Source of the DNA: Thalia democratica
Taxonomy: Eukaryota
Length of the DNA: 64,000 bases
Direction of reading: 5' to 3'
Assembly (NCBI GenBank): GCA_965202585.1
Contig: OZ241827.1
Span: 60,946,001-61,010,000 of the forward strand
Below, piece after piece: positions 37,721 to 50,181 of this stretch. Every line of letters begins with the position of its first letter. Within the stretch, counting starts at the first letter, position 1. The notes beneath the pieces are model-generated. The model had not been told where the DNA came from, ran no database searches, and worked only from the letters and a program-made list of their open reading frames with translations. The position numbers and the translations under genes were made by a program.

Positions 37721-39450
37721 AGATTGTAAGGTCTCTTGTAATGTACAATTACACTAAAAACAATGATTAAATTTAAACTTAAACTATACTGAATGTTGAT
37801 AATAAATAATAGTTAGGGCTACTCTATATAAAACTAGTCATGGCAATGAATGAACATATTGTATTAGAAAACAACTGCAACCACTAACAAATATATAAAG
37901 AATATCGTGCTTTAGAAACTACCTTAAATGTAGCCAAAACTTTACACAAGAATTATTCTAACAGGAATATAATTTAAGAATCTAAAAAACAAAATAAGAT
38001 TCAACTACTTAAGATTTGAATAAAAATTAATATAAAAAGTAACATCATTGAAAAAGTACTTTAGGTAGCGCAAGAAAACAATATAAATATCTATACAACA
38101 TGAATAACATGTTTACTGCAGCAGGCTGTGGCTACAAACACCCCCATCACTCTCTGTGGCTGGTTTATATAGCAATGGACTTCTATATAAGAACAATTTT
38201 AATCTTAAAACTATTTTTCTTACTAGATTTTACTTAAATTTTAGCTTATTTTTTATTAAAAGTTAATAGTATAGAAAAAAATACCTTGCAATGCTTAACT
38301 GTAGACTTTTTGTATAAAGATCTCAATTATATTAATATTAAATTATCTTTTAAAATTGTTCTATATAAAGTCTTAACTTAATAAAAAGTATTAAGAAAAG
38401 AAAAAATATTTCATTTTCTCTTTTATCTTTGATGGAAAATGATTGGTTTTCTAATATATGTGTCGATATAAATTAGTTAAAAGTAATTGTCTACGTTACC
38501 TAAGGTCGGTTTGAGAAATTAAGGCATCTTCTTTAACTTTCGAGATTACCAATAAAACATAAATAATATACTTACAAAACTGAAAAAAGAAAACAATCAC
38601 TGTAAGGTCTAATTTTTAAGTGCTTTATCCAGCTCTAATGTTATATCTGTATCATCAAATGTAAATATTTTGTATTGTAAATTTGCTTATAAATATAATA
38701 TATTCTAAAATAAAAAAGTGCTGGTTTCAAAATATTTTTTGTTAAGTAAGATTTATATTTTGTTGAACTTAATAACTGATTACAAAATTAACTATTATTG
38801 ACTACTAATGGATTTTGTAAAGAGTAGTTTTATACGTTAAATCCTTATTATAAAAGTAGTTATCATTAAGTACAATTTGTTCTCATTCGTACAATGTTTA
38901 TAAGAATATGATTTTAAAAGCTATTAACTATTTAATTTATATAAGTACAACATTTTCCTATTTCTAATTTTTTATCGTTACACTTTAAATTATAAATGCA
39001 AAGTAATGGTATTCTGTGCAAAAGTTGATAAAGCTTTGTAACACATATTTTTATTAAAAGCTCTAAACTACGACTACTTTAAAATGAAATATTTTGGATA
39101 AATAGATTATAAATTGTTGAAAAAAAAATTAAAACGAAAAGTAAATAAAACTTTAAGTAGCAAAATACTTTAGTAAGTTTAGTTCCAAACAAAATAAAAC
39201 TACATTTTTAGACTTAAGTTAAACTTTGACTTACAAATTTGTTCTGTTTTATCAACAATAAACTGCAAAACTAATTTTTCAAAATTTCTGTTAAATGTTT
39301 AAACATGTATGCTTAAAGACAGTGTTCTCATTCAAATCTTAAATTTAATGAAACAAGGAGACGTTTTGTCAATAAAAAGAAATGAAAACAAATAAAACTG
39401 TAGTTGGTTATAACATGCTGTGTGTAGTTATCTACAATTTATTTTTCCTT

Positions 39451-42400
39451 TTATATTATGCGCTTATAAGGTGTAGGAACTTCAAGCGGTTCGAAGGGCG
39501 TGATTTCGCCCGTTAGTTCTGCTTTTTCGCCCGACAGTGGCTTGAAAACAAAAATATCAATTGTGCCTCCTTCGTCGTTTATTTCTATCTGTAATTTAGA
39601 AAACAACTTGTTAAAAAACATTAAACTTTGCTAATTTATGACTTACATTGAGACAAACATTTGAAAAACATTTTTTTTTGAAAACTGCTAAAGTTAAACA
39701 AGTATGCTAGTTTCCAAAAGTGTAAAAACATCAACCTTTATTATAAAAGCAATTCCGTTTTTAGCATCAATACTAAAATCGAACGCAACTACTTCGTATT
39801 TCTTGATTGTCACTTTGAATTCACTGAACTTTCGTATTACTGAGTATTTGACCTAAAAAAATTTTTTGGATAAAGGATTTACTTGTTTAAGTTAAATTGA
39901 TTTTCTTTGAAGTTACTTAAAAAAAGAACACTGTTTAGAAAAAGTTTCAGTACAAGCGGTTTATGGCAGCTTTATATACCAAGTAAAACTTTTGTTAGAA
40001 CGAAACAGCAATTTTGGGAGTTGTCAGTTTTTCAAAACTAAAAATGCTTCTCTGCGCTGCTTGTAACACGAAGCAACGTCCTTATTTCTAATAAATTGAG
40101 AAATTTTAAACTTATAGACTTTTAAAATTCCAATGAGCTTATTTTGTGTTATTTTCTATTTGCAAACATTAGTAAAAAGCAGTTTTTTAAATACCGTTAA
40201 AACTAAAATATGAATTTGTTCATACATAAAATTAACAAACATAAGAAATGTATATTTTTACCTCTTCAGCAATTTTTTGAATTGTATCGTATGCTGTTTC
40301 TGCTTTAGTAGATACCACGGGTGGCAAAGTTGTTGCAGCTTGAGTTGTTGTCGGCGCTGTTTTAAGTTTTTCAGTTTTAGTTGTCTATGAATTATAAATT
40401 TTTGAATTTATAATTTTTGATGTAACAAAATAAGTAAAGCAATTAATAAGTATATAAAAAACAAGCTGTAAATGTTTTAACTAGTTAAAAAATTCCAAAC
40501 ACAGTTAGAAAATACTTTAGATTAATAAATTTAACATATTATTTATCTTAATTAAAGCTCTAGATCTGGAGAAGTTTAAAGCTGGCACGTAAATCAAAAA
40601 CGACCGGATTGCTACTTGTTCAAAACAGCATTTAAACAATTTTTTTATTTTGTATATACTTTTAAAAATTTGTTTAAACTGCGAATAAGATTTACAAGTA
40701 AGAACAGTAATATGTTATTTTAACTTGGTTGTTAAACACAGCTTTTTCTTCGGTTTGAAAAATTAAACGTTCATTAGATATCCACACTTGAATTTAGGTT
40801 TTTTTAAGCGCTGATTTATGTTTTATGTATTCGCTTATTATTTCTTTTGTATTCAATTATTTTATTAAGTATATGTGTTTTTTAAGCCAAACACTTATTT
40901 ACTTGTTTAGATTCAAGTAATTTCTTATTAGCATATTTGAATATATTTTAAATTACCTTGAACTGTAGAGAGTGGTCCTTGTCCTACAAAAGGTCCTAGA
41001 AAACCTTCAAATAAAACTACTGTCCTTAAAGTTGGTACAAAAACTTTTATTCCAATAGCGTAGTCATAACCTATTTGTATCTGCAATTAAAATAACAGCT
41101 AGTGTTATAAACATAAAGCTTTGAGTTAAACAAGCTATAGTTAACTTTGTGTTAATTTTAATATTTCGTTTAAAAATCGTGTACTAAATTATCAAAAAAG
41201 CCTTGAATATAAGAGAAACTTCTCAGTTACATAAATTTTATGTAATTATTACCGCTATTATGTATTTAATTCCACCAAAAGGTCCAACAGAAGTTTGATC
41301 TTCATACTGAATTGCTTTGTATATCTTCATCGAACTTTTATACCTCCTTTTAACTATGTATTTGACCTAAGTTGACAAAAATTATATATTAATACTTTTT
41401 ATAAGCTTATTAAAATTAACTTAAAATTATATAATGAGTTGTTAAAGTTTTGTATTTTCAGTAGAATCGTTTGTAAAATAAAATTAGTATTCAGTAAAGT
41501 TTATAAATTGAAAACATGTAGTAACACTTTTTATTTTACCTCATCTGCGATTTCTTGAACTTCTTTAGTTGCTGGTTTAAATCCACTCCACCTACCATGA
41601 ATCTGGCATTCTGATACTAAATGAAAAAAAAAAGTTTAGTAATATAACATTTTGTAAAAAACTTTCCCGTTCTTTAAATTTTTGTAGAGTTCCCAAACTT
41701 ATACTGTTGTTTATGAGACATAAAAAAAAGTTCATAACTTAGTTAAACTATAATTATAAGATAAACCGCAAGTCTTCAAGCTACGATTAAAGTGAAAACA
41801 TTACTTTTATACAGATTAAAAATTTTAAAGATAAATAAATTTAACGGAAAAATTTAATTGAAATCAAGCTCTAAGTCTGATGAACTTTAAAAGCGATACA
41901 TAAGTAAAAAATATATTTATTCTTTTATTTTGAAAATAATTTAGATTAAAATATTTTTATGAATTTATTATACTGTTTCAATTTTGTATTAATTTGAATT
42001 ATAGTATTTTAGTAGTAGGAAAAGTGTTTAATATTAATTTGTTTATTAAATACAATGATTTTCTTGAAATGAGGGAACTTTATTTGTAAATTGCACCCTT
42101 TACTTATCAAAAGCAGCCAACCTTTTTTTCAAACAGTTAAAAACTCTTTTATTTTTTACTTAAATTGCATAGTCCTGAATTACCGTATTTGTTTTATTTA
42201 AAGTTTTGGAAAATTAAATTTAAGTTTATATACAAGTGTAATTCAAACTGTGCATAAATGTTCAAACGTATTAATTAATATTTTTTAGTTAAATAAAATA
42301 AAAAACGAACATTCGAGTTAACATTTATTTTAAAAAGGACTAAAGTTTATTGTAACAGTTTACAAGCAAGATATTAAAATTTGCTTGCTTTAGACTCAAA

Positions 42401-42597
42401 GATTTTTTACATTACTTTTGAAACAGAGTAGCCTTTAAACAATAGTGTACAAACAGATTTAAAATTAATACTGTATATAAACAACTCTAGTTTAATTATA
42501 AACATGGTAAAAAATTTTAAATATAAAGAGAATAATTAATTACAAACTAACCTTTAAAAAGCAGTACCAAACTGAGTAGTATCAAACAAACTTTCAT
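39451..42597 (-). CDS. Secreted two-domain stefin (type-1 cystatin-fold)-like protein, 236 aa, 7 exons
   Basis: Exons 42597-42552, 41616-41540, 41366-41253, 41080-40957, 40356-40262, 39852-39736, 39588-39451. All GT-AG with consistent phases, 711 nt. Signal peptide MKVCLILLSLVLLFKVSEC. Domain 1: GRWSGFKPATKEVQEIADE|VK...YKAIQYEDQ...KYIIA|IQIG...IKVFVP. Then a Thr/Pro linker and domain 2: IQKIAEE|VK...AFIIK|IEIN...IFVFKPL. Confidence 0.8.
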
Positions 42598-43606
42598 TAT
42601 AGCTGTTGAGAAAAGCATAAAGATAAATATTTTTTTTTAAACGAGAAAGTTATTATTGTAAAAGTAAGTATGGTTTCTTACCAGTATTTTTTGGACAAAG
42701 AGTTTTAATCGTTTTCAATGGAATAAAATACACAAAAATCAGGTTATTTAAATGCTGATGATAATGTTATAGAATAATGTTTTAAATAAAACTTAAAAAA
42801 GTAAAATCAAGTTTAGTTTTATTTATAGAAACTTTTTGTCATATTATCATTTAACAAGATTTTAATAAGTTTATAAACATGTATAAAATTAATTTATTCA
42901 TCTATTCAGAAAAATTAAATGATTTATAAAAATAGGTTAAATAATTTTCACATATTTATACATTATTAAATAATGTATTAACACACTTTGAATAACTTTA
43001 TAAGTTGCCCTCATAAAAATGTTTTAAAGATTTTGTAAAGTATACTTTTCAAAATTCCCTCAACCTTATGCATGTATGTTCACTTATTTACGAAAAACAA
43101 CTGTTCTAACTAAAACTATCTAATACCCTTGTCTTGAAATCAACAATTTTATTATAGCAACATTCTTTCTATTTAACAACAAGTCTTTTGCCTTTATGCC
43201 AATTTTTTTTAACTAGTTAATACGTTAAGACACTAATTAACCTTAAGAGCTAAAAAAACATGCCGATTTTAGTACTGCTTTTCAGATGACGGCAAACCTT
43301 TAAAAATCTTTGTAGCTCGGATAGCTTTAGACTTCTAACTGTAAAACTTGCGTAGTCAGTGTTAGTTTTATAGTTGTTTTTTTTTGCCGCAAGGCTTTTA
43401 CGTGTCATAAAATAAATAAAAAATTCCTGCCACGTTAAAAGTATTTCTACTTTTTTCAAAAGCCTTCACACAAAACTTCAATTGATAAGTTTTCTATTTT
43501 TTTATTTTTGTTTATTGCTTTGATGAAAAAATTTACAAAGTGCCTTAAATTTTTATTTATCAACACTCCCTTGTTCCCAAAAAAAAAAAACTTAACTTAT
43601 TGAATT

Positions 43607-45560
43607 AATGAGGTTAAAAAAACACAGAGCTTGCGGTTTATACTCGTACGGTGTCCTTGCAGACTTGAGTATCATGCTTGCAGTCAATCATGTAAACCAC
43701 TAATTTGGTTGGGAAATTTCGGACAAAATTTTGTGATGAAAACCGATAAGCTTTTAAGCTATTTAGAACACCTTGCTTTAAGTAATATTTTAATTAAAAA
43801 ACTGTTTTTTAACTGGATTTAAAAAAAAATTAGTTTTGTTTACGCTTTTAAGAAAACTGATTGCACAAATTTCTAAGCTCTATAGGTATGTAGTTTTAGG
43901 TCTTGATTTTTTAAAGTTTTTCATACATTTATTTTTAGTTTTCGTCGTAAAGCAACTTAAACACTTTTATACTTTTCCAGTCAAGATAAGTGATAAATTG
44001 AAAATTAGTCAGAAACTGAAACAAATACATTTAGAAAAATCAAAGCTTTTTAATAGTTTCAACGCGGATCGGACATACTAATAATTGAAAATAGAATAGG
44101 TAATATTAAAAAAAAACGTATCTATTAAATCTATTTTTCATTTTAGTTAAGTTTTGAATAGTCTAAAACTAAATGCTAAATTTAAGATTTTATCTTGTTT
44201 TTCATTTTTGACACAGTTAAATTTTTAACTTTTTAAAACTTTAATTTAACGTTTATAACCTAAGCTTGTAAACTTTTATGCCAACAATTTAAGATGAAAA
44301 GTTATTAAACTGTAAATATCAACAAGTTACGTTTATTTTTTCAACTCTTTAAACAACAAAACAAAAAGTTTTATGTAAAATTAAAACTAATGCATAAGCT
44401 AATGAGCAAGCATAAAGTCGTGACATTTAGAATATTTGGAATTAAAAATTAAACAATACAAATGTTGTGAGATATAACAGTATTTACGTAAAAACAGTTT
44501 CACTGTTAAGCTGTAGTAAGTAACAAGTAGATTGTAATTTCGTGAATTTTAAAACCTCTTTTGCTCATAAGTAATTAAATATCTCAAATTCATTTTAATA
44601 TATTCATATTACAAGTATAAATGACTTGTTGCTTTTACAATTCTGAATAAATAAAAAAGTTAAGGAACTAAGTTTCATGGAGTTTTTTAACGTAAAATTA
44701 TAGAAAATTTATTGACTACTTTTTTTTTGAAGGACAAAAAAAAAACGCGCTCAAAGTGATTGGTCTGAGGAACTTGTTTACGAAACCACTTTACTTATAA
44801 AAACTGTTATGAGTAACTTTTAGTTTATTTTTATTTGCTTTCTTGCTTTCTTCAAAACTTGTACAAAAATTTTAAATTTTAATCTATACATATGTTCTTA
44901 CTCCAATCAATTATTCAACTTAGTTTGATGAATCAATGAGGTTTAAATTAACACGCCTGCGGTTTATACTCGTATGATGTTTAAAACACTTTACAGACTT
45001 AAGTATCATGTTTTAAGAATATAAACCACTATTTTGGTTGGGAATTTTCGAACAAAATTTTTATAATAAAAAACCAATGATCTGTTGAAGTATTCAGCAT
45101 ACCTTGGTTTTAAGTAAAATTTTAATAAAAAAACGTTTTTTTTTAATAAACTATTATTTAGCATCTAGTTAGTTCATTTTAAAACAATATTTTTAATTCA
45201 TTTGTATTTAATTACACTAAAATAGTTGAAATTTTGATAATTAAATTTTGTTTACACATATGCCAATAATGTAAAATAACAAAGTGCTAAACTATGTCTT
45301 TAAATAAGCTTTATATAACCTTTTCAGCCCTTCAAACAATCTATTTAAGTTTTAATTTAACGTAAAAATTGATGAGAAAGCATAAAGTCGTGTCATTTAC
45401 AACGTTAAAAAAAAAAAGAGTACATTCGTTACAAAATATTTTTTTTTTTACTTATAACAATTTTCACATTAAAGCGGAAGTAAGTAAAAAGTAGTTATTT
45501 GGTAAATTTTAAAAGCTCTTTTGCTTGTATATAATTAAATAAATCAAAGGTAATTCTAAT
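43607..45560. repeat. Diverged tandem duplication (~1 kb unit: 43607-44600 vs 44935-45560)
   Basis: Shared blocks aatgagg...gcggtttatactcgta...aaaccacta..ttggttggga (43607/44935), gcataaagtcgtg (44410/45380) and ctcttttgct...taattaaat. The change of offset from ~1328 to ~970 implies a ~360-bp indel. Confidence 0.8.
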
Positions 45561-47105
45561 AGATGAACATTTACTGCTTAATTTTAGTAGAAAACGAAAT
45601 GTTGGATATACTATTTTAAATAAAAACAAAATCAATTAATTTATTTTTATGGACTCCTTAAACATAAAATATAATTGAAAATTATTGGTTATAGTAAAGT
45701 TTTATGTTTTAGTAATTAATTATTTGACGTTTTTGTTTTCTGCTATTATTTGAAAAGCCATACTTAAAGTATTTCTAAATTTTTCGAAACAAAATTCGAA
45801 ACAAAAAAAAAATGTTTCGTACAAAATTGTAATGAACTCTAGCTTCTTTTTAAGCTTACTTTTTTTTTCGCTTTATTTATGTGCTCTTACTTTTTGGAAG
45901 TAAATATTTCTAAGGCATATTTTTTCTATAAACCAGCTTTTGCTTTCAAACCAGCTGTTGTTAATTAGCTTAACTTAAACATATATTATCTAATAGATTA
46001 ACTGATTACTCCATTGTAAAAATTACACTCGTGCAAAAAGTAACAAAAATATGTATAGATTATTTTATTATCAGAGAAAACTGGTTGTAAAATAAACTAT
46101 TAAACAGCCTTATAATCTATTTTATTTATTTTTTGAATTAATTTTTTTAGAATTTTAATTTTTTTTAGCATATATCATGAAATTTTGAATCATATGTTAT
46201 AACAACAGAAGTTTTATTATTGGATTTGCTATAATATTGATTAAACTATAGATTTTAAGCAAATGAATTAGTATTGATATTTATGGTTGTTGCATTTACT
46301 TTTTGTTTATCTCCAACAATCTATTGCAACGTTTGTTTTTACATACATAATAAAAACCTTCAGAACTTGTAAAGAGAAAATATTTTGTACATCAATTGTT
46401 TAACAACTAATTCCATTTGGAATTCTTGATTTATAATATTTTAAACAAAATATTTGATCTGCCTCTATTAAAGTTTGTTACAAACGTAATTGAAAAACTT
46501 TTCACTACAAATAGCTATTAAATAAGAGTTATTTAAAACTTAATATTGTAAAAAAAAGGTTTATTGTTTGATTAATGGTAAAACAAGCATCCTTTCAACG
46601 CTTATAATTAAAACTTTTTCGAATTTTTTACAAAAACAGAACATGTATATTTCTTAAACAGGTCTATTCTAACCTCTCAACAAAGATATACTTATTTGTT
46701 TAGATTTCTATTTTTCTGTTTACTAATTAGAACAATGATGCTTTAAATAACTTTTTATTATAAAAATTCTTAAACTTATAACTTTATAGTTGAATCCATT
46801 TGGCTCAGTTAAATGAACGAATTTTGTTGTTAATGAATTTAACCTTAATAGTATGCTTTAGCATGGTTTTTTTTAATACTATTTCATACTTTCAGTTGTA
46901 TAGTCTTTAATTATATTAAATAAATAATGAAAATTTACATTTAGGTGCTTAAACTAACCTCTAAATACTTAATTTAATAGTTTTGTTTTTAGTAGTACTC
47001 TACACACCAACAATTTAATGACTTTTTGTTTGTTGCTTAAAAGAAAAAAAAACTGAGTTTGCACTTTCGAAAAAGATTAACTAATAAAGTTCGTATGTTT
47101 TAACA

Positions 47106-47245
47106 GCTGGGCGCTTTGGCAGGCGCCTGTAATCTTGATACTAGAAACTTGAAATGGCGACGACTTTACTAAATTAAAGACAATAACAAATCACTGCATA
47201 GTTGGCACAATCCTAAGAGTTCTAACTAAGGTAAATACCGGATCC
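47106..47245 (+). pseudogene. Degenerate 7SL (SRP RNA)-derived sequence
   Basis: GCTGGGCGCTTTGGCAGGCGCCTGTAATC matches the 7SL Alu-domain 5' end (GCCGGGCGCGGTGGCGCGTGCCTGTAGTC). Weaker colinear matches follow (cactgcatagttggcacaat; actaaggtaaataccgg). Confidence 0.55.
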
Positions 47246-47708
47246 GTTTTGTTTTAGAAAACTTTATCAAAAACTATATTATGAGGTAAAAATTAAAAGT
47301 TCTTTTTTTCAAATTAATCTAAGCTTATAGTTAGAAACATCATTAAAGGTAAAATATTATGCGTAAAATTGGGCCTGACCAATTTTTATAAAGTATTTGC
47401 AAATGTACGATTAACTTAAAATTGAAATACATCTGTGATAAATGATTTGCTATCCAAAAGTTTCTATTTATAATAAAAGTTCTGTAAACATTATTTATTT
47501 TTGAAGCACAGTGCCCAAGTGACGACTTGAAAAAAAATTTAAACAACTAGTTTATTCGATTGATCAGATGATTTTAGTTTAGCTTTTTTTACTAAAAGTT
47601 TTGTACTTAATTAGTTGTTTATTAGGTGTAAAAAAGTTATTTATAATCTTTCATAAGTTCAACTTTTAGCTTTTACTAAAGTTTTATTCGTTTTTTGCAA
47701 TTTTTTTT

Positions 47709-48215
47709 TCATGCAATCAAATGCAAAACCAAGTACAAAACAAACGCGCCACCGCTCAAACAAAACCTCCCATTGGCTGAACTTTCCTGGGAAAGTCCCG
47801 AAATATCGACTTCCACCTCTTTTCCGTTCGACGCCTTCTTCGTGGTCGTGGTTTTCACAGTCGTCACAACGGGGGTTTCCGGTGTCGGCAGCGGGTTAGG
47901 CGCGACGTTGCATTTTTTTTTGTGGCAGCAATCGGCGTACAAATGTCCAGGGAATAATCTATTCAGATTCCCGCACTCGTTTACGATAACGCTGTTGCAC
48001 GTTCCGTACAACTTTCCGTCGCTCTGCACCACCACCAAGCACGTGTTGGTCAGCCGGCAGGTCCTCTGCTCTCTTCTCATTTGCTGGCCCGGGTAGTTCG
48101 GGTCGTCCACCCACTCGTAGCACGTGATTGTGAACTGGCTCGCGGCTTGTCGGGCGAGCAGGGTCAAGAGGAGAAAGATTGTTTTGAACCGGAGCTTGAT
48201 TTTAGTAAGAAGCAT
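47709..48215 (-). CDS. Single-exon GPI-anchored Ly6/uPAR (three-finger)-like protein with a Thr/Pro-rich stalk, 168 aa
   Basis: Signal peptide, then ITCYE...TC...TC...GTC...EC...CCHKKKCN (8 Cys, with the hallmark CCxxxxCN), TPETPVVTTVKTTTT, a candidate omega site near SSA and a hydrophobic C-terminal tail. GC-rich coding composition. Confidence 0.82.
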   Translation of the reverse strand: MLLTKIKLRFKTIFLLLTLLARQAASQFTITCYEWVDDPNYPGQQMRREQRTCRLTNTCLVVVQSDGKLYGTCNSVIVNECGNLNRLFPGHLYADCCHKKKCNVAPNPLPTPETPVVTTVKTTTTKKASNGKEVEVDISGLSQESSANGRFCLSGGAFVLYLVLHLIA

Positions 48216-49460
48216 TTTTGATAGAAATGCAGACTGCAGTTTGACAGAGTTATGAATTTAAAAACGTTTTCATTTTATTTGGCAACTACGTCACAATTAA
48301 TGACTTTCAAAAAACATACTGCTATACTTTTTTTGATGAAAGTATAAATTTAAACAAGTAGCTTCAGTAGCTGGTAAATAATTGCCTGTAAGTCAAATTG
48401 TTACACGATTTATCTTTAGTACAAACATATTTTACAAACGAGTTCTACCTATTATTGAATATTAATATAGTTTAAGAATCGACAAACCGAGGCCCCCGAA
48501 CGTGATTTTTATTATAAGGGCATATGTCCCGCGAGAAGTAAAGCTGCGGCCCACGACCATGTAATTGGCCCACTAAACGAAACAATACTTTAAGTTGATT
48601 TTTCGTAAAAAACTGAGTTAAGTCAGTTTTGTCTCAAGTACAGACAATTTTTAAAACCACTTAAACATTTGCTGCTTAGGCTGGAAAATAAGAAAAAAGA
48701 TAGATTAGGTTTCTAGCAGTATACCTTTTATGCTTAGTTTTTGTTCTAAATAAAAACTAAGTAATTAATCTTAAAATTTGGATTTTATAACTTTATTGAT
48801 TGGAGCACCTTTTTTTTTCAAATAACTTTCTATGCATATTAAACTAATTCCTATGCACACTAATTTACGCAGACGCTAGTACTTGGAAACACTGATTTAA
48901 TGTATACTTAATTCGGATGTTCAATTGATTAAATTTTGTTTAATGTTTTTAAAATAGTTTTAATTTATGTAAATAAACAATTAAACATTTCAAGGCATTC
49001 AGATTTATTCAGGCTAGTTTGAAGGTTTTTTAAATCTTGTGCCAACTTATGATAGTTTTTTTTAAGATTTAGGCTTTCATAAATAAATGTTCATATAGTT
49101 TCTTATAAACTCCGGTTTTTTAGCTTATAACAATTTTTCTAAACTTGTAAATTAATTTTTTTTAATGGTAAAGTTTATATATAGTTTTCCAGTTTTTGGC
49201 TTTTTAACTTTTAATAAACTCTGGCTGGTTTGGTGTAACTCAGGCTGACTTTTGTTTTATATAAAAGGCAAACCAATTTAAAATCTAAAATTGTTTTTTA
49301 AGTATTAAAGCAATATTTATTAAAGAAAAAATATTTAAGATTTTCATAATTAAAATAGCAATGAGCGTATTTTAGTTAAACGTAAAAAAATTTTTACTGA
49401 AATTTTAAGAGCGTACGAGTTATTGAATGTGCAAAGATCAGAAGTTTCAACAATTTAAAT

Positions 49461-50181
49461 TAGGGGTGGGCAACGTTTTTCAATCAACGGGCCGGATCCT
49501 GAAAAAATTAGTCTTTTGCGGGTAGGAGCATTTCGAGCTAGTGATTTACCAGATCCAGTATCTGACTTTCTAGATCCGAATCCGACTGGATACTAATTTT
49601 AAGTCGAGATTTGGATCTAGTCGAATTCTAATTTAAATAAAAGTTTCAGATCCGACCAGAATCTAATTTTATGCATACGGTTAATTACTTTTGTTAATCC
49701 TTCAAATTCACAAAACTTTCTTAAGTCTGACAACTTCAGATGTAGATTGAGACAACTCAGATATTTCAAAAATGTCTAAAAGTAGAATTGACGTTGTAGT
49801 TGACAAAGGTACGTATATAAAATATCGTACTTAAAAAAATCCCTTTGCTTGGGGTAATTTGACAAAAAGATATTCTAATTAAGTTAAAGCAACACAAAAT
49901 AGTGGACAAATTGTTTATTTATTAGTACAAATTAATTTATAAAATCATTTATTAGCATGTTTTTAAAGTCAAATTTTTAATGTTTTGTTTTGTAAAAATA
50001 TGATAAAAGTTTTATAAAAATTTTGTAGCATTGACCTTTTACGGGCCTGTCACTTTGCTCGCGGGCTGATCATTTTCATTTGCGGACCGGATCCCATTAA
50101 AGTTTAAAAAACGGTCGGGGGCCGGTCATTTTCACTCTGCGGGTCGGATCTGGCCCGCGGGCTGTACGTTGCCCACCCCTA
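49461..50181. mobile_element. hAT (Charlie-like) non-autonomous element containing a nested fragment
   Basis: TIRs taggggtgggcaac / gttgcccaccccta, perfect 8-bp TSD atttaaat (49453-49460, 50182-50189), and gcgggcc-type subterminal motifs. Confidence 0.92.

Noticed and set aside
41871-41910. Hammerhead-like CTGATGA-acttt-a-aaagc-GATAC-ataa-GTA
   Set aside because: GAAAC is GATAC, stem II is marginal and stem I cannot form; at most a dead relic.
47695-48096. Plus-strand 133-aa and 62-aa ORFs
   Set aside because: Antisense to the Ly6-like CDS, which has the signal peptide, Cys pattern and GPI tail.
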